A DNA stretch of 34,990 nt from a virus (lineage: Duplodnaviria > Heunggongvirae > Uroviricota > Caudoviricetes), in IMG/VR virus record IMGVR_UViG_3300008259_000020, positions 1-34,990 of that record, one strand, 5' to 3'. The stretch's first letter is position 1. Each line of letters starts with the position of its first letter. The position numbers and the translations under genes were made by a program. A model generated the notes under the pieces. It searched no databases, was not told the origin of the DNA, and was given only the letters and a program-made list of their open reading frames with translations. Positions 33,656-34,990 of this stretch are shown here, in pieces.

Positions 33656-34060
33656 TTATCTGTTAATAAAATTTTCTGGGCGTATATCCACGCCTGCACC
33701 GTTTTCGTACTCTTTACCAAATATTACATCGTTGGGCTTTTCTTTGCTCCAACCAACAATACTAGTAGTTTCGATCATTCTTAGTTCTTTGCTACCAGTG
33801 CCGTCATCTACGTCAAACGCTCTAGTCCAACGTCCGTGTTCAACTAGAACCCAATCTCCAACTTGATAATCTTCGTTGTTTTCAGGCCCTTTAGCATGAA
33901 CTCGACCCCAGCGTGGGTAAATTCCACGTGTAGTGCCGTCATCATCTTTGATAATCAATCCGCTCTTGGTTTTTTGTTCTCCAAAAAACATATCAGTTAC
34001 AATAACATGATCCTTAATAGGAGTCAATTTACCTTTAATTGTATTGATATTTAAAACCAT
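33656..34060 (-). CDS. groES: co-chaperonin GroES-like (Cpn10)
   Basis: LTPIKDHVIV, KTKSGLII, G.V.A.GP and VGDWVL. Confidence 0.8.
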   Translation of the reverse strand: MVLNINTIKGKLTPIKDHVIVTDMFFGEQKTKSGLIIKDDDGTTRGIYPRWGRVHAKGPENNEDYQVGDWVLVEHGRWTRAFDVDDGTGSKELRMIETTSIVGWSKEKPNDVIFGKEYENGAGVDIRPENFINR

Positions 34061-34063
34061 AAG

Positions 34064-34429
34064 TTATCCTTTTCGTGTTGTGGTTTTATTAGCAGTAGGA
34101 AGTTCTTTTTTAACAAAATTGCCATCAGTGTCTTCCTCCCAATCGGCTACTTCCGCCGCAGTTGTACCGGTAATATCTTCGTTTACTTTTTCATCTTGTC
34201 TCTTGACATTTTCTTCTTTGACGCCAGTAGACTTAGCATAATAATCTCGAAGAATATCTTCTTTTTTTCTAATTATTTTACCGCCAGGTCCTAACTCGTC
34301 TCCGCGAGCATTAACTCTAGCATTTCCTACTGCTGGAGTTAGTTCGTTTCTACTAATCAAGAGATCAAGATCAACGTTTTTACCGTTGGCCGTTCTATAA
34401 ATTTTACGACCTTGTTGTTTCATTGTCAT
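34064..34429 (-). CDS. hypothetical protein
   Basis: 121 aa with an AAGGAG SD. YRTANGKNVD...AVGNARVNARGDELGPGG. Confidence 0.7.
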   Translation of the reverse strand: MTMKQQGRKIYRTANGKNVDLDLLISRNELTPAVGNARVNARGDELGPGGKIIRKKEDILRDYYAKSTGVKEENVKRQDEKVNEDITGTTAAEVADWEEDTDGNFVKKELPTANKTTTRKG

Positions 34430-34443
34430 GATAATCTCCTTAC

Positions 34444-34472
34444 TTTATAACATTACTTATGATCATTGTCAA
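34444..34472 (-). promoter_or_regulatory. sigma70-like promoter TTGACA-N17-TATAAA (extended TG)
   Basis: 17-nt spacing, directly upstream of the SD of 34064..34429. Confidence 0.55.
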
Positions 34473-34990
34473 CCGATAGATTTCCATCTGATACAGTGCA
34501 ACGCCAATAACTTGCTTTACGGTTCCAATGATATGCCTTATGATAAAAGGTTCTGTTATCAACAGGTTCTTTGTCCGCATGATCAATAACTAAATCATTG
34601 GAACGTATTCCTAGCATACTTTCTGTTAAGTCTGCGTCTATATCATTGAGAATTATTGGATACTGCGCTGTATTGTTTTTGCACATTAGTATGTTTAAGA
34701 ATACAGATGGAAGTGCTGGTAACGATGGGTAATACTGCCGCATAAAAGCAACAAGATCATCAACTAACTTACGTGTGTTCTTGTGTAACACAACACTGGA
34801 AGCACCTTTGTATTCCCAATAGATATCGTCTTCACCTAAAACCTTGCGACCCCAAAAACCTTGACTTTCGAATGTGTTTTTTAAATGAGAAAGTGTTTCT
34901 TGATATTCACTATGTAAAATAGTATCGGGATTCTGCTTAATAAACTCCAATATATTTTCAAATACATCAGTTTCTTTGCAGCCAGTTTCT
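34453..34990 (-). CDS. hypothetical protein, partial (start beyond the right edge)
   Basis: The reading frame stays open upstream of the TTG at 34950 to the window end (ETGCKETDVFENILEFIKQ). Confidence 0.6.
   Translation of the reverse strand, partial: ETGCKETDVFENILEFIKQNPDTILHSEYQETLSHLKNTFESQGFWGRKVLGEDDIYWEYKGASSVVLHKNTRKLVDDLVAFMRQYYPSLPALPSVFLNILMCKNNTAQYPIILNDIDADLTESMLGIRSNDLVIDHADKEPVDNRTFYHKAYHWNRKASYWRCTVSDGNLSVDNDHK

Noticed and set aside
83-34241. Numerous plus-strand ORFs in the track (e.g. 12593..13180, 12445..12828, 10625..11032, 17442..17801)
   Set aside because: They lie antisense to well-supported minus-strand genes, have hydrophobic or low-complexity shadow composition and lack SD sequences. 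Only phoH is accepted on the plus strand.
1-34990. Stop-codon reassignment as seen in some large phages
   Set aside because: Conserved enzymes are full length under the standard bacterial code, and TAA, TGA and at least one TAG (20204) act as stops.
1-34990. tRNA, rRNA, CRISPR array, integrase or transposase
   Set aside because: Intergenic gaps are too short and no cloverleaf, repeat-spacer pattern or recombinase motif was found.

Overview
A gene-dense, AT-rich segment of a large lytic double-stranded DNA bacteriophage with T4-like functions, probably a large or jumbo myophage. Spanin-like genes point to a Gram-negative host. All supported genes but one (phoH) are on the minus strand, and they often overlap (ATGA, TAATG). 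From left to right the window holds: (i) 1-7.9 kb, a putative DNA-hypermodification and sugar block with an NDP-sugar epimerase, a GT-B glycosyltransferase, a QueD-like T-fold protein with an LxxxHRHxF motif, a TGT/DpdA-like transglycosylase, a UDP-glucose-dehydrogenase-like protein, a HAD phosphomannomutase and a TagD-like cytidylyltransferase, interleaved with a probable sliding clamp; (ii) a family B DNA polymerase, a DsbA-like protein and an ATP-grasp-like protein; (iii) 11.8-19.8 kb, about 12 consecutive genes, many with a shared N-terminal M-K-[IV]-x-[DE]-[IL]-x(x)-E tag, whose modules are bounded by x-x-E|[SNA] sites, read here as prohead-protease-processed, capsid-packaged polyproteins carrying GNAT, ParB-like, HIGH-nucleotidyltransferase, HExxH and ART-like domains; (iv) clpA, peptide deformylase and a DnaJ-class chaperone; (v) a lysis cassette (GH19 endolysin plus two spanin-like genes); (vi) a divergent phoH, then thyA, DHFR, a clamp loader, two MazG-like proteins, a DexA-like exonuclease, a stand-alone tail-collar domain and a GroES-like protein. 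Sigma70-like promoters (TTGAC[AT]-N17-TAnnn[TA]) and T4-late-like TAAATA motifs can be read directly. No tRNA, rRNA, CRISPR array, intron, intein or mobile element was seen. Family assignments come from motif recognition by eye, not database searches. Several start codons were moved from the ORF track using SD or promoter evidence.
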